Shown here piece by piece: positions 18,537 to 27,831 of a DNA stretch of 34,355 nucleotides. The notes under the pieces are model-generated. The model had not been told where the DNA came from. It searched no databases and saw nothing but the letters and a program-made list of their open reading frames with translations. A program made the translations under genes and the position numbers. Within the stretch, counting starts at the first letter, position 1. Each line of letters starts with the position of its first letter. Where the stretch lies: the sequence record SRR22947727_1468. One strand, given 5' to 3'.

Positions 18537-18626
18537 TGGCGGAGGAACAGGGATTCGAACCCTGGGAGGACTTTCACCCTCGTCGGTTTTCAAGACCGGT
18601 GCATTCGACCACTCTGCCACTCCTCC
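18537..18626 (-). tRNA. tRNA-Ser (anticodon UGA), 90 nt, encoded CCA
   Basis: GGAGGAGTGGCAGAGTGGTCGAATGCACCGGTCTTGAAAACCGACGAGGGTGAAAGTCCTCCCAGGGTTCGAATCCCTGTTCCTCCGCCA; long variable arm, G73 discriminator. Confidence 0.97.
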
Positions 18627-18889
18627 GACAAAAGCTTACATAATCGCGAGAAATTGATTCAGCAAGAGCAAGAATGCTCAAGAGACGCAAGAAATCGCCT
18701 TTGTGCGATGACCCGCAACACTGGGCTTTCCACTTGTGCCGCGATTGGGTTAGGTTGACCCGTGACATGGCAGGCCTTTCGATCAAACCGGGCGCGGGTT
18801 TTGGGCGACTGGTCTTGACGGTTCGGCCAAAGATTTTTCGGCAGCTTGGGCCCATCAGTGCCACGCGCGAACATAGCAAGGAGGGGATC

Positions 18890-20056
18890 ATGCCCATACG
18901 TTCCGGACCAATCTTGATTTTGGCCTTTTTTTGCACCTGGATCAGTGGGGCGGCCTTGGCGTTTGAAACCAAAGCGCAAGCGGCCTATGTGCTGGATCAT
19001 GAGAGCGGCACCGTACTGCTGGCCAAGCAGGCGGACGTGGCCCTTCCTCCCGCCTCAATGTCAAAATTGATGACTCTCTTTTTAGCCTTCGAAGCGCTCC
19101 GTGATGGACGCCTACGTTGGGATGAGCGTTTGCCGGTCTCCACCCATGCCATGAGCTATGGCGGATCCACCATGTTTTTGGACACGACCGATCGGGTCAC
19201 CGTCGAGGATCTCATTCGCGGCATTATCGTATTATCGGGCAATGATGCCTGCGTTGTCATTGCCGAAGCCCTGTCTTTGGATGGCACCGAAGCGGGCTTT
19301 GCCGCAATGATGACCGATCGCGCCAAGGATCTCGGAATGGAAAATTCAGTCTTTGCCAATTCCAACGGCTGGCCCGACATCAACCACCGAATGTCGATGA
19401 AGGATCTGGCCATTCTGGCGCAGCATTTGATCACCGAATTTCCAGAGCAATACAAGATGTTCTCAGAAACAGAATTTGGATTCGATGGCCGCGCGCCCAG
19501 CAACACGCGCAACCGCAATCCTTTGTTGACTCTGGGCATCGGCGCAGATGGGCTAAAGACCGGGCACACGGCGGAGGCCGGTTATGGTTTGGTTGGATCG
19601 GCGCAACAGGGCGAGCGGCGGATCATTTTTGTTTTGACCGGTCTACAAAACGCGCAAGAGCGGGCCGAAGAGGCCGAGCGCATCGTCACCTGGGCCTTTC
19701 GGCAGTTCAACTCAAAAACCCTAAGCCAGCCGGGCGAGGCTTTGGCCCAAGCGGCAGTTTGGATGGGCAGCAGCCGAAACGTCGGCCTATCGCTTGATGG
19801 GGCACCGAAGATCCTGATCCCTGTCACGGGCGGGCAGGAAATCACCTCGAAAGTTGTTTATGACGGGCCGCTACAGGCCCCTATTGCCAAGGGGGATCAG
19901 GTCGCCGAACTTGTCATTTCTGTGCCAGGCCTGCCCGAGACCCGCCTGCCACTGGTCGCAGCACAGAGCGTCACGCGTGGCGGGTTTTTACCGCGCTTGC
20001 GCACAGCGGCACTCGTGCTATTGCGTAAAGTAAATGGGGGCCTGTCCGGCACATAG
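18890..20056 (+). CDS. dacA: D-alanyl-D-alanine carboxypeptidase (peptidase S11, PBP5/6-like)
   Basis: SxxK (PASMSK), SGN, KTG motifs; signal peptide; AGGAGG RBS. Confidence 0.92.
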   Translation: MPIRSGPILILAFFCTWISGAALAFETKAQAAYVLDHESGTVLLAKQADVALPPASMSKLMTLFLAFEALRDGRLRWDERLPVSTHAMSYGGSTMFLDTTDRVTVEDLIRGIIVLSGNDACVVIAEALSLDGTEAGFAAMMTDRAKDLGMENSVFANSNGWPDINHRMSMKDLAILAQHLITEFPEQYKMFSETEFGFDGRAPSNTRNRNPLLTLGIGADGLKTGHTAEAGYGLVGSAQQGERRIIFVLTGLQNAQERAEEAERIVTWAFRQFNSKTLSQPGEALAQAAVWMGSSRNVGLSLDGAPKILIPVTGGQEITSKVVYDGPLQAPIAKGDQVAELVISVPGLPETRLPLVAAQSVTRGGFLPRLRTAALVLLRKVNGGLSGT

Positions 20057-20671
20057 ATGACTGACGCAAAATTTTTATCCTTTGAGGGCATAGACGGCTG
20101 TGGGAAATCCACCCAAGCCAAGCGTCTGGCTGCCCATCTCACCACTGCGGGCCAAGAGGTTGTGCTCACCCGTGAACCGGGGGGCAGCCCGGGGGCGGAA
20201 GCCATACGCCAGCTCTTGTTGACCGGTGCCACCGACAAATGGAGTGCTGAGACAGAGCTTCTATTGTTCACCGCTGCAAGGCGCGATCACCTTGAGCGCA
20301 CCATCACCCCAGCCCTATCCGCGGGCAAGATGGTCATCTGTGATCGCTTTGCCGACAGCACCCGTGTCTATCAGGGCGCAACCCGCGGCGATCTGAGCGG
20401 CAAGGTCGATCAACTGCACAGCGCGATGATTGGCCGTGAGCCAGATCTGACACTCATCATTGATGTCGACCCTGAAATTGCCCTCACCCGCGGATTGGCG
20501 CGCAACTCAGGCGAGGATCGCTTTGAAGATTTCGGACTGCCGTTCCAACAACACCTGCGGGCGGGTTTTTTGGCACTTGCGGCGCAATATCCGCAACGGT
20601 GTCGCATTATAGATGGAAATCGCAGCCCGGAGGCGATTTTCACTGACGTATTGGCACTGGCGACGTCATGA
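20057..20671 (+). CDS. tmk: Thymidylate kinase
   Basis: FEGIDGCGKST, TREPGG, CDRFADSTRVYQG. Confidence 0.97.
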   Translation: MTDAKFLSFEGIDGCGKSTQAKRLAAHLTTAGQEVVLTREPGGSPGAEAIRQLLLTGATDKWSAETELLLFTAARRDHLERTITPALSAGKMVICDRFADSTRVYQGATRGDLSGKVDQLHSAMIGREPDLTLIIDVDPEIALTRGLARNSGEDRFEDFGLPFQQHLRAGFLALAAQYPQRCRIIDGNRSPEAIFTDVLALATS

Positions 20672-21792
20672 GTGATCTGCCACAAGCCGATCGCATTGCC
20701 GGCCTGCCTCACCCCTGTGAAACCGAACTTTTATTCGGCCATGATGCCGCTTGCGCACAGGTCTTGGAGGCCTTCAACGGTGACCGGATGCATCATGCTT
20801 GGATGCTGACCGGCCCCAAAGGGATTGGCAAAGCCAGCCTTGCCTATCATATCGCACGTTTTTTGCTTACCGCCGAGCCCGCCGGAGACAGCCTCTTTGG
20901 CGCGTCGCCACCAGCGACAAGCCTATTCGTGCCCGCAGATCTTCCGGTGGCGCGCCGTATCCGGGCGGGATCGGAGCCAGGCCTATGTGTCTTGCGCCGG
21001 CCCGTGGATGAAAAAACCGGCAAGCTGAAGACCGTGATCCCCGTCGATACCGTGCGCGAATTGCGGCGGTTCTTCAGCCTCTCGGCCGGGGGCAATGGTC
21101 GGCGGGTTGTGATTGTCGACTGCATTGATGAGATGAATGCCAATGCGGCCAATGCGTTGCTCAAAGTTCTGGAAGAGCCGCCGCAAGATGCGGTTTTGTT
21201 GCTGGTGACACATCAACCAAGCCGGATTTTGCCCACCATTCGTTCGCGCTGCCGCACCCTGGCCTGCGCGCCTCTGTCGCCAGAGGATTTGCAGCGCGCC
21301 TTTGCGCAAGCCTTGCCAGAACAGGCGTTTGATCCGGGCCTAACTGCCCTGGCGGCAGGCTCTGTGGGACAGGCTGCAGAGCTGTCACTCACCCATGGCA
21401 CTGACACCTATGGCGCGATTGTGAGCCTCTGCCACGGCTTGCCGCAGCTGGATCGCAGCGCTCTGTTGAGATTGGCCAATTCTACAGGCCGCGCCACTGA
21501 TGGAAAACTGGAACAACTTCTCGATCTGCTGGATCTATTCCTCGCCCGGCTGGCCCGCGCTGGGGTAAGCGCGCCCGGTCAAGAAGCGGCGCGCGGTGAG
21601 GCGGAGGTCTTCGCGCGTCTCTGCCCCGGACCCGCGGCCGCCCGAATTTGGGCAGATGCCCAGCTCGAGCTCAGCCAACGAGCCAGGCAAGGCAAAACAG
21701 CGAACCTTGACCCCAGTTCGCTGATCTTAGATATGGGATTAAAGATAGAAGAAACCGCGTCTAAAATTTTGCGCGAGAAAGGTCTTTCGTGA
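20668..21792 (+). CDS. holB: DNA polymerase III subunit delta'
   Basis: HHAWMLTGPKGIGKA, NAANALLKVLEEPP, PTIRSRC; follows tmk. Confidence 0.95.
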   Translation: MSDLPQADRIAGLPHPCETELLFGHDAACAQVLEAFNGDRMHHAWMLTGPKGIGKASLAYHIARFLLTAEPAGDSLFGASPPATSLFVPADLPVARRIRAGSEPGLCVLRRPVDEKTGKLKTVIPVDTVRELRRFFSLSAGGNGRRVVIVDCIDEMNANAANALLKVLEEPPQDAVLLLVTHQPSRILPTIRSRCRTLACAPLSPEDLQRAFAQALPEQAFDPGLTALAAGSVGQAAELSLTHGTDTYGAIVSLCHGLPQLDRSALLRLANSTGRATDGKLEQLLDLLDLFLARLARAGVSAPGQEAARGEAEVFARLCPGPAAARIWADAQLELSQRARQGKTANLDPSSLILDMGLKIEETASKILREKGLS

Positions 21793-22577
21793 TCGAGGCG
21801 CCAAAACTGACCGACAGCCATTGCCATCTTGATTTTTCAGATTTTGAGGGCGAGCTGGACCAGATCATCGCACGGGCGGCCGAGGCCGGCGTGCACCGTA
21901 TGGTAACGATTTGCACACGGCTGCGCCAAGAGCCCCAAGTGCGCGCCATTGCTGAAACTCATGCGCCGGTCTTCTATGCGGCCGGCACCCACCCGATGAA
22001 TGCCGACAAAGAGCCATTGGCAAAGGTCGAAGAGTTGCTCGCTCTGGCGACGCATCCGAAGTTTGTCGCCATCGGCGAAACCGGGTTGGATTACCACTAC
22101 ACCGCCGAGAGTGCCGAAATCCAAAAGCAATCCTTGCGCGTTCATATTGAGGCCGCTCAAAAAAGTAACCTGCCTCTGATTATCCATACGCGCGCCGCTG
22201 ATGAGGATATGGCTGAAATTTTGAGCTCCGAATATCGCAACGTACCCTTTAACTGCGTCATGCATTGTTTCAGCTCATCACCCGAGCTTGGGCGCGCGGC
22301 TTTGGATTTGGGGTTTTATCTGTCCATGTCCGGCATCGCCACATTCCCGAAATCACAAGAGGTGCGCGACATCTTCGCATCGGCGCCTTTGGACAGGATT
22401 TTGGTGGAAACTGACGCCCCCTATCTCGCCCCGCCGCCCTTTCGCGGCAAGCGCAATGAGCCAGCCTATACCGCCTTCACCGCGCAGGTTGGTGCGGATG
22501 TCTTTGGTCTCTCTTTGTCGGAATTTGCCGCCCAAACAGAGGCCAATTTCGAGCGCCTCTTTTGGAAAGCTGCATGA
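21789..22577 (+). CDS. TatD family nuclease
   Basis: DSHCHL, GETGLDY, IIHTR, MHCF, VETDAPYLAP. Confidence 0.95.
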   Translation: MIEAPKLTDSHCHLDFSDFEGELDQIIARAAEAGVHRMVTICTRLRQEPQVRAIAETHAPVFYAAGTHPMNADKEPLAKVEELLALATHPKFVAIGETGLDYHYTAESAEIQKQSLRVHIEAAQKSNLPLIIHTRAADEDMAEILSSEYRNVPFNCVMHCFSSSPELGRAALDLGFYLSMSGIATFPKSQEVRDIFASAPLDRILVETDAPYLAPPPFRGKRNEPAYTAFTAQVGADVFGLSLSEFAAQTEANFERLFWKAA

Positions 22578-23362
22578 CGCGCCGGGTCACTATATTGGGC
22601 TGCGGTTCCTCCGGCGGCGTGCCGCGTTTGGGGGGCAATTGGGGGGCTTGTGATCCAAACAATCCCAAAAATCGCCGGCAACGCTGCTCCATATTGGTTG
22701 AGCAATCCGGACCAGAAGGCACAACGCGCGTTCTGATCGACAGCTCGCCCGATTTGCGGACACAATTGTTAACCGCGCAGGTGGGCACATTGGACGCCGT
22801 GGTTTACACCCATGCCCATGCAGATCATGTGCACGGGCTGGACGATCTGCGGATGATCGTCATCAACATGCGCCGCCGCCTGCCGGTTTGGGCGGATGGG
22901 CCGACCCGATCCGATCTCTTGTCGCGGTTCTCCTATGCCTTTGAAACGCCCGAAGGCTCAAGCTATCCGCCCATCTTGGAAATGAATAACATAAGCGGGC
23001 CCTTCACCATCACCGGTGCCGGTGGCGCGCTAGACTTCACCCCCTTTGAAGTGGCCCATGGCACGATCACAGCTTTGGGATTTCGCATCGGCGATATGGT
23101 GTATTTGCCCGATGTCTCCGACATCCCCGAAAATGCCTGGTCGCATCTGCAAGGCCTCGACCTTTGGATTGTTGATGCGCTGCGCTATGATCCCCACCCG
23201 TCTCACACCCATTTGGAAAAAACCCTGCAGTGGATTGCGCATGTGCAGCCAAAACGCGCCATATTAACCAACATGCATGTGGATTTGGACTACGCCACAT
23301 TGCAAACCGAATTGCCCAATGGCGTGGTGCCGGCCTTCGATATGATGACAGAAGTCCTCTGA
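22574..23362 (+). CDS. MBL-fold metallohydrolase (PhnP-like)
   Basis: LGCGSSGGVP, THAHADHVHG, HPSH, TNMH. Confidence 0.93.
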   Translation: MTRRVTILGCGSSGGVPRLGGNWGACDPNNPKNRRQRCSILVEQSGPEGTTRVLIDSSPDLRTQLLTAQVGTLDAVVYTHAHADHVHGLDDLRMIVINMRRRLPVWADGPTRSDLLSRFSYAFETPEGSSYPPILEMNNISGPFTITGAGGALDFTPFEVAHGTITALGFRIGDMVYLPDVSDIPENAWSHLQGLDLWIVDALRYDPHPSHTHLEKTLQWIAHVQPKRAILTNMHVDLDYATLQTELPNGVVPAFDMMTEVL

Positions 23363-23363
23363 T

Positions 23364-24293
23364 ATGAGCATCCTGCTCCAAGTGATCCTGCCGGTGTTTT
23401 TCGTTGTTGGCTTTGGATATCTGGCCGTCTGGCGCAAGTGGTTCTCCGACGAAGGGGTTGGGGCTCTGATGGCCTTTACCCAAAATTTTGCCATCCCTTG
23501 CCTGCTGTTTCGCGCCATTTCAACTTTGGACCTGGGGCAAACCTTCCAGCCGGGGCTTCTCGGCAGTTTTTACATTGGTGCGATAGCCGGATTTGGCTTG
23601 GGCCTGTTTGGCGCGCGCATCTTGTTTAAACGCAGTTGGGAAGACAGTGTCGCCATTGGCTTTTGCTGTCTGTTCTCAAACACAGTGCTCTTGGGCCTGC
23701 CCATCACAGAGCGTGCCTATGGGACGGACGCCCTGACGGCCAATTTTGCCATCATCGCGGTCCATGCACCGATCGGCTATGCGCTCGGCATAACGGTGAT
23801 GGAGCTGGTGCGTGGACGCGGCCTGAGCGGCATGGCGCTTCTGCGTAAGATAATAAAATCAGTATTTAAAAATGCGCTGGTGATTGCCTTGAGCCTTGGG
23901 TTTGCGATCAACTTATCAGGCTTTATTTTACCCGAAATCGTCACCGATGGCGTTGATCTTTTGGCCCGAGGGGCTCTGCCGGCGGCCCTGTTTGGCTTGG
24001 GCGGTGTTTTGGTGCGCTACCGGCCAGAGGGCGATATCCGAGTGATCTTATATATCTGCGCGATTTCGCTTGTGGTTCATCCTGCCTTGGTTTGGATCAC
24101 GGGAAGCTATGTCGATCTCTCCACCAGTGATTTTCGCAGTGCGGTGCTGACAGCGGCCATGGCGCCGGGGGTCAATGCCTATATTTTCGCGCAAATGTAC
24201 GGGCGCGCGCAGCGGGTCGCAGCTTCCGCCGTCTTGATCAGCACCGGTCTCACAATTTTCACCGCAAGCCTCTGGCTCTACGCGCTGGGGTAG
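23364..24293 (+). CDS. AEC family transporter
   Basis: VILPVF, FAIPCLLF, FSNTVLLGLP, AMAPGVN. Confidence 0.92.
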   Translation: MSILLQVILPVFFVVGFGYLAVWRKWFSDEGVGALMAFTQNFAIPCLLFRAISTLDLGQTFQPGLLGSFYIGAIAGFGLGLFGARILFKRSWEDSVAIGFCCLFSNTVLLGLPITERAYGTDALTANFAIIAVHAPIGYALGITVMELVRGRGLSGMALLRKIIKSVFKNALVIALSLGFAINLSGFILPEIVTDGVDLLARGALPAALFGLGGVLVRYRPEGDIRVILYICAISLVVHPALVWITGSYVDLSTSDFRSAVLTAAMAPGVNAYIFAQMYGRAQRVAASAVLISTGLTIFTASLWLYALG

Positions 24294-24296
24294 TGC

Positions 24297-25382
24297 TCAA
24301 GCTTGGGCAAATCTCGAGGCGCGAAAACTCGACAGCAAGGGGCTCGGGCTGCCTTGCAAAATTTCCTGCGCCAGCAACTGACCTATCAAAGGGCCAAGGG
24401 TCACGCCGCTGTGCATAACAGCTAGAAAAACCCCCGGGGCGCCGGGGACCGCGCCCACAACAGGCAGGCCATCCAAGGGCACGGGGCGCTCCCCCAACTT
24501 CACTTCTGCCAGCTGAACATCCGGCTGCCCACGCAATTTTTGGCAAATTCGCGCGATCACAGTGTCCGCAAGTGCGGACGCATCCTCTGATGGATCCAAA
24601 TCGCCGCTGAATATTTCCCCTGCCACAAGACTGCCATCGAGATTTTGTCTAAAATGCACATCAGGCGTCATAAGAATATGATGAATGCGCGTCTGCACCG
24701 GCCGGGTTTGCAAAATCATGCCGCGTTTATTGGCCATGGGCAAAGCCCATTCGACACCCACCAGACCGCGGCAGGCCGCAGCGCCTGTAGCCAAAATCAC
24801 AAAATCACAGGGCAAATCTCCAGCTGATGTCTGTACAATATGGCCACCGCCAGAACTGGGGTGCACAGCTTTGACGGCCTGTTTGGGGCAAAGCCGTCCG
24901 CCGCGCTGCGCCACATGCGCCAGAAGAGACTGCGCTACAGATTGAGCCTGTGCGGCCCCTTCCATGGGCGTGAACAGCGCATGGGCTGGACACTCGCGCA
25001 GATTGGGCTCAAGCGCCGCGATCTCATCGTGATCAAGTCGCCGGGCCCCATAGCCCCGCGCGGTCAGACTGGCAAATTGCGCCTCAAAATCTTGCCCCGC
25101 ATCTTCCCACCACAGCGTGCCTGGCCAGCTGACATGGGCCTGTAATTCTAACCTCTGCCCCAGGGATCGGAAGGTCTCTAGTGCCGCGTTGCGCAGATCG
25201 AAATAGGCTTGGGTTTCGGCAAAACTGGCATTGATCCAGCCAAAAGAATTGGCACTGGCCACGCCGCCCAAAGGCCCCTGGTCCACAACAATGACCTCAG
25301 CGCCAAGATCTTGGCAGGCTAAAGCCGTGCTGGCGCCGATGATTCCAGATCCCACGATCACGACTTTTGCAACTGCCCTCAT
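24297..25382 (-). CDS. FAD-dependent oxidoreductase (D-amino acid oxidase/DadA-like), substrate unknown
   Basis: GSGIIG Rossmann motif, SANSFGWIN, RPVPLDGLPVVG, HSGVTLGP. Confidence 0.88.
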   Translation of the reverse strand: MRAVAKVVIVGSGIIGASTALACQDLGAEVIVVDQGPLGGVASANSFGWINASFAETQAYFDLRNAALETFRSLGQRLELQAHVSWPGTLWWEDAGQDFEAQFASLTARGYGARRLDHDEIAALEPNLRECPAHALFTPMEGAAQAQSVAQSLLAHVAQRGGRLCPKQAVKAVHPSSGGGHIVQTSAGDLPCDFVILATGAAACRGLVGVEWALPMANKRGMILQTRPVQTRIHHILMTPDVHFRQNLDGSLVAGEIFSGDLDPSEDASALADTVIARICQKLRGQPDVQLAEVKLGERPVPLDGLPVVGAVPGAPGVFLAVMHSGVTLGPLIGQLLAQEILQGSPSPLLSSFRASRFAQA

Positions 25383-25569
25383 ATCCTGCCCTTCCCTGCG
25401 CTGGCGCCTTCTTGACCAGTCATGACACGTTCGCGGCGCGCGACGGAAGCAATTTTCATCCCCAGCGGGAAAAAATAATCACAGCGAGGGATTGAATCGG
25501 ACTTTGCCGCCCCGCCCCCTTGTTTCTGCCCCCCAGAAGGCCAAATCTAGGAGGCACAAGGAATCAAAT

Positions 25570-27759
25570 ATGCACAATAATTCGCCCGAACAAATACCCG
25601 TCTTGCAAAAACCCGCTCCGAATGTGCGCGACCGGGAAAAGATGGAAGGGGGCAAGGCCTTTCGACTTGAAACCGAGTTCACCGCAGCAGGCGACCAACC
25701 CACCGCCATCAAAGAGCTGGTGGAGGGGATCACCGCGGGAGAGGCCAATCAAGTTTTACTCGGGGCCACGGGCACGGGCAAGACCTTCACCATGGCGCGG
25801 ATCATACAAGACACCCAGCGCCCGGCGATTATTCTTGCGCCAAACAAAACCCTCGCGGCCCAGCTTTATGGCGAATTCAAAGGGTTTTTCCCCGATAATG
25901 CCGTGGAATATTTCGTCAGCTATTACGACTATTACCAACCAGAGGCCTATGTGGCCCGCTCGGACACCTATATTGAGAAGGAAAGCCAGATCAACGAGCA
26001 GATTGACCGGATGCGTCACTCGGCGACCCGCGCTTTGTTGGAGCGTGATGACGTCATTATCGTGGCGTCTGTCTCCTGTATCTATGGCATAGGATCGGTT
26101 GAAACCTATGGGGCGATGACCCAAGATTTGCACAGTGGCAATTGCTATGACCAGCGCCAAGTCATTGCCGATCTCATAGCCCAACAATATCGCCGCAACG
26201 ACCAAGCCTTCCAACGCGGCACTTTTCGGGTGCGTGGAGACAGTTTGGAGGTTTGGCCGGCGCATTTGGACGACCGGGCTTGGCGTTTGAGCTTTTTTGG
26301 CGAAGAGCTGGAGACCATTGTTGAGTTTGACCCGCTGACAGGGGCGCGCACTGATACGTTTGAACGGGTGCGGATCTATGCCAACAGCCACTATGTGACC
26401 CCGCGCCCGACCATGCAGCAGGCTGTGATCGGGATCAAAAAAGAGCTGCGTATGCGGCTTGATCAATTGGTGAGTGAGGGCAAATTGCTCGAAGCGCAAC
26501 GGCTGGAACAGCGCACAAATTTCGATCTGGAAATGCTTGAAGCGACAGGCGTATGCAGCGGGATTGAAAATTATTCGCGCTATCTCACCGGCCGCGCGCC
26601 GGGTGAACCACCCCCCACACTGTTTGAATTCATCCCAGACAATGCGATTGTCTTCGCCGATGAAAGCCATGTCAGCGTGCCGCAGATTGGCGCGATGTAT
26701 AAGGGCGACTACCGCCGTAAATTCACCCTTGCCGAACACGGGTTCCGATTGCCGTCTTGTATGGACAACCGACCGCTCAAGTTCGAAGAATGGGATGCGA
26801 TGCGGCCTCAGTCTGTTTTTGTCTCCGCCACCCCATCCAAATGGGAGCTGGACCAAGCCGGCGGCGTGTTCACAGAGCAGGTAATCCGCCCCACGGGCCT
26901 GCTGGATCCGCCGGTGGAAATTCGCCCGGTAGAAACGCAGGTTGATGATCTTCTAGATGAAATTCGCAAAGTCACCGCCATGGGGCAAAGGGTTCTGGCC
27001 ACAACATTGACCAAACGCATGGCCGAAGATCTCACGGAATATTTGCATGAGCAGGGCATTCGGGTGCGTTACATGCACAGCGATATCGACACGATTGAGC
27101 GTATTGAGATTCTACGCGATTTGCGGTTGGGCGCCTTTGATGTACTGCTGGGCATCAACCTTCTGCGCGAGGGGCTCGATATCCCTGAGTGCGGTTTGGT
27201 TGCGATCCTTGACGCAGATAAGGAGGGCTTTTTACGGTCCGAAACCTCTTTGGTGCAGACCATTGGCCGGGCCGCGCGCAACGCCGATGGGCGGGTCATC
27301 ATGTATGCAGATCGCATGACCGGCTCGATGGAACGCGCGATTGGCGAAACCAACCGTAGGCGCGAAAAGCAACATGCCTATAATGTCGCCCATGAAATTA
27401 CCCCTCTGACGGTTAAAAAGAATGTCGAGGATGTGCTGGCCGGTCTTTACAAAGGCGATACCGATATGACGCGGGTCACGGCGAAGATTGATCCGTCCTT
27501 GCAAGGCGGCAATATCCAAACCGTGCTCGAAGGTCTGCGGCTCGATATGCGCAAGGCGGCAGAGAATTTGGAATTTGAAGAAGCCGCCCGGCTGCGCGAC
27601 GAGGTCAAACGCCTCGAGACAGTTGAGCTGACGATCTCAGATGATCCCCTGGCCCGGCAATATGCGGTCGAAAAAGCAGTTGAAGACGCCCATAACGCCT
27701 CCGGCCGGTCAAAAGGTGGGCGCGCAGGTCAAAGGGGCGGCGCCCGGCGGCGCAAATAG
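25570..27759 (+). CDS. uvrB: Excinuclease ABC subunit B
   Basis: [46 protein letters not shown]. Confidence 0.98.
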   Translation: MHNNSPEQIPVLQKPAPNVRDREKMEGGKAFRLETEFTAAGDQPTAIKELVEGITAGEANQVLLGATGTGKTFTMARIIQDTQRPAIILAPNKTLAAQLYGEFKGFFPDNAVEYFVSYYDYYQPEAYVARSDTYIEKESQINEQIDRMRHSATRALLERDDVIIVASVSCIYGIGSVETYGAMTQDLHSGNCYDQRQVIADLIAQQYRRNDQAFQRGTFRVRGDSLEVWPAHLDDRAWRLSFFGEELETIVEFDPLTGARTDTFERVRIYANSHYVTPRPTMQQAVIGIKKELRMRLDQLVSEGKLLEAQRLEQRTNFDLEMLEATGVCSGIENYSRYLTGRAPGEPPPTLFEFIPDNAIVFADESHVSVPQIGAMYKGDYRRKFTLAEHGFRLPSCMDNRPLKFEEWDAMRPQSVFVSATPSKWELDQAGGVFTEQVIRPTGLLDPPVEIRPVETQVDDLLDEIRKVTAMGQRVLATTLTKRMAEDLTEYLHEQGIRVRYMHSDIDTIERIEILRDLRLGAFDVLLGINLLREGLDIPECGLVAILDADKEGFLRSETSLVQTIGRAARNADGRVIMYADRMTGSMERAIGETNRRREKQHAYNVAHEITPLTVKKNVEDVLAGLYKGDTDMTRVTAKIDPSLQGGNIQTVLEGLRLDMRKAAENLEFEEAARLRDEVKRLETVELTISDDPLARQYAVEKAVEDAHNASGRSKGGRAGQRGGARRRK

Positions 27760-27773
27760 ACATGACCCCGCGC

Positions 27774-27808
27774 AAAAAGGGGCAATAGGGTCTGCGCCCT
27801 AATGCCCC
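27774..27808 (-). terminator. Rho-independent terminator between uvrB and the beta-helix gene
   Basis: GGGGCA-A-TAGGG / CCCTA-A-TGCCCC stem; AAAAA at 27774-27778 gives a U tract on the minus strand. Confidence 0.75.
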
Positions 27809-27831
27809 CTGACTTGCGAAAAGCGTCGGAT

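Noticed and set aside
18580-18600. C-A mismatch at the top of the tRNA-Ser anticodon stem
   Set aside because: A mismatch at 27-43 is tolerated and the rest of the cloverleaf is intact; no evidence of a pseudo-tRNA
21789-23362. TatD plus MBL nuclease pair (and the TerB-family gene) as an anti-phage system
   Set aside because: tmk-holB-tatD-MBL and lysS-TerB-dacB are ordinary conserved core arrangements
25383-25569. LexA box upstream of uvrB
   Set aside because: One GTTC but no GTTC-N7-GTTC direct repeat
25756-26856. Long antisense ORFs (also 31464-32300, 16064-16930, 29413-30189, 4189-4944)
   Set aside because: Shadow frames of well-supported genes in GC-rich DNA, with no motifs of their own
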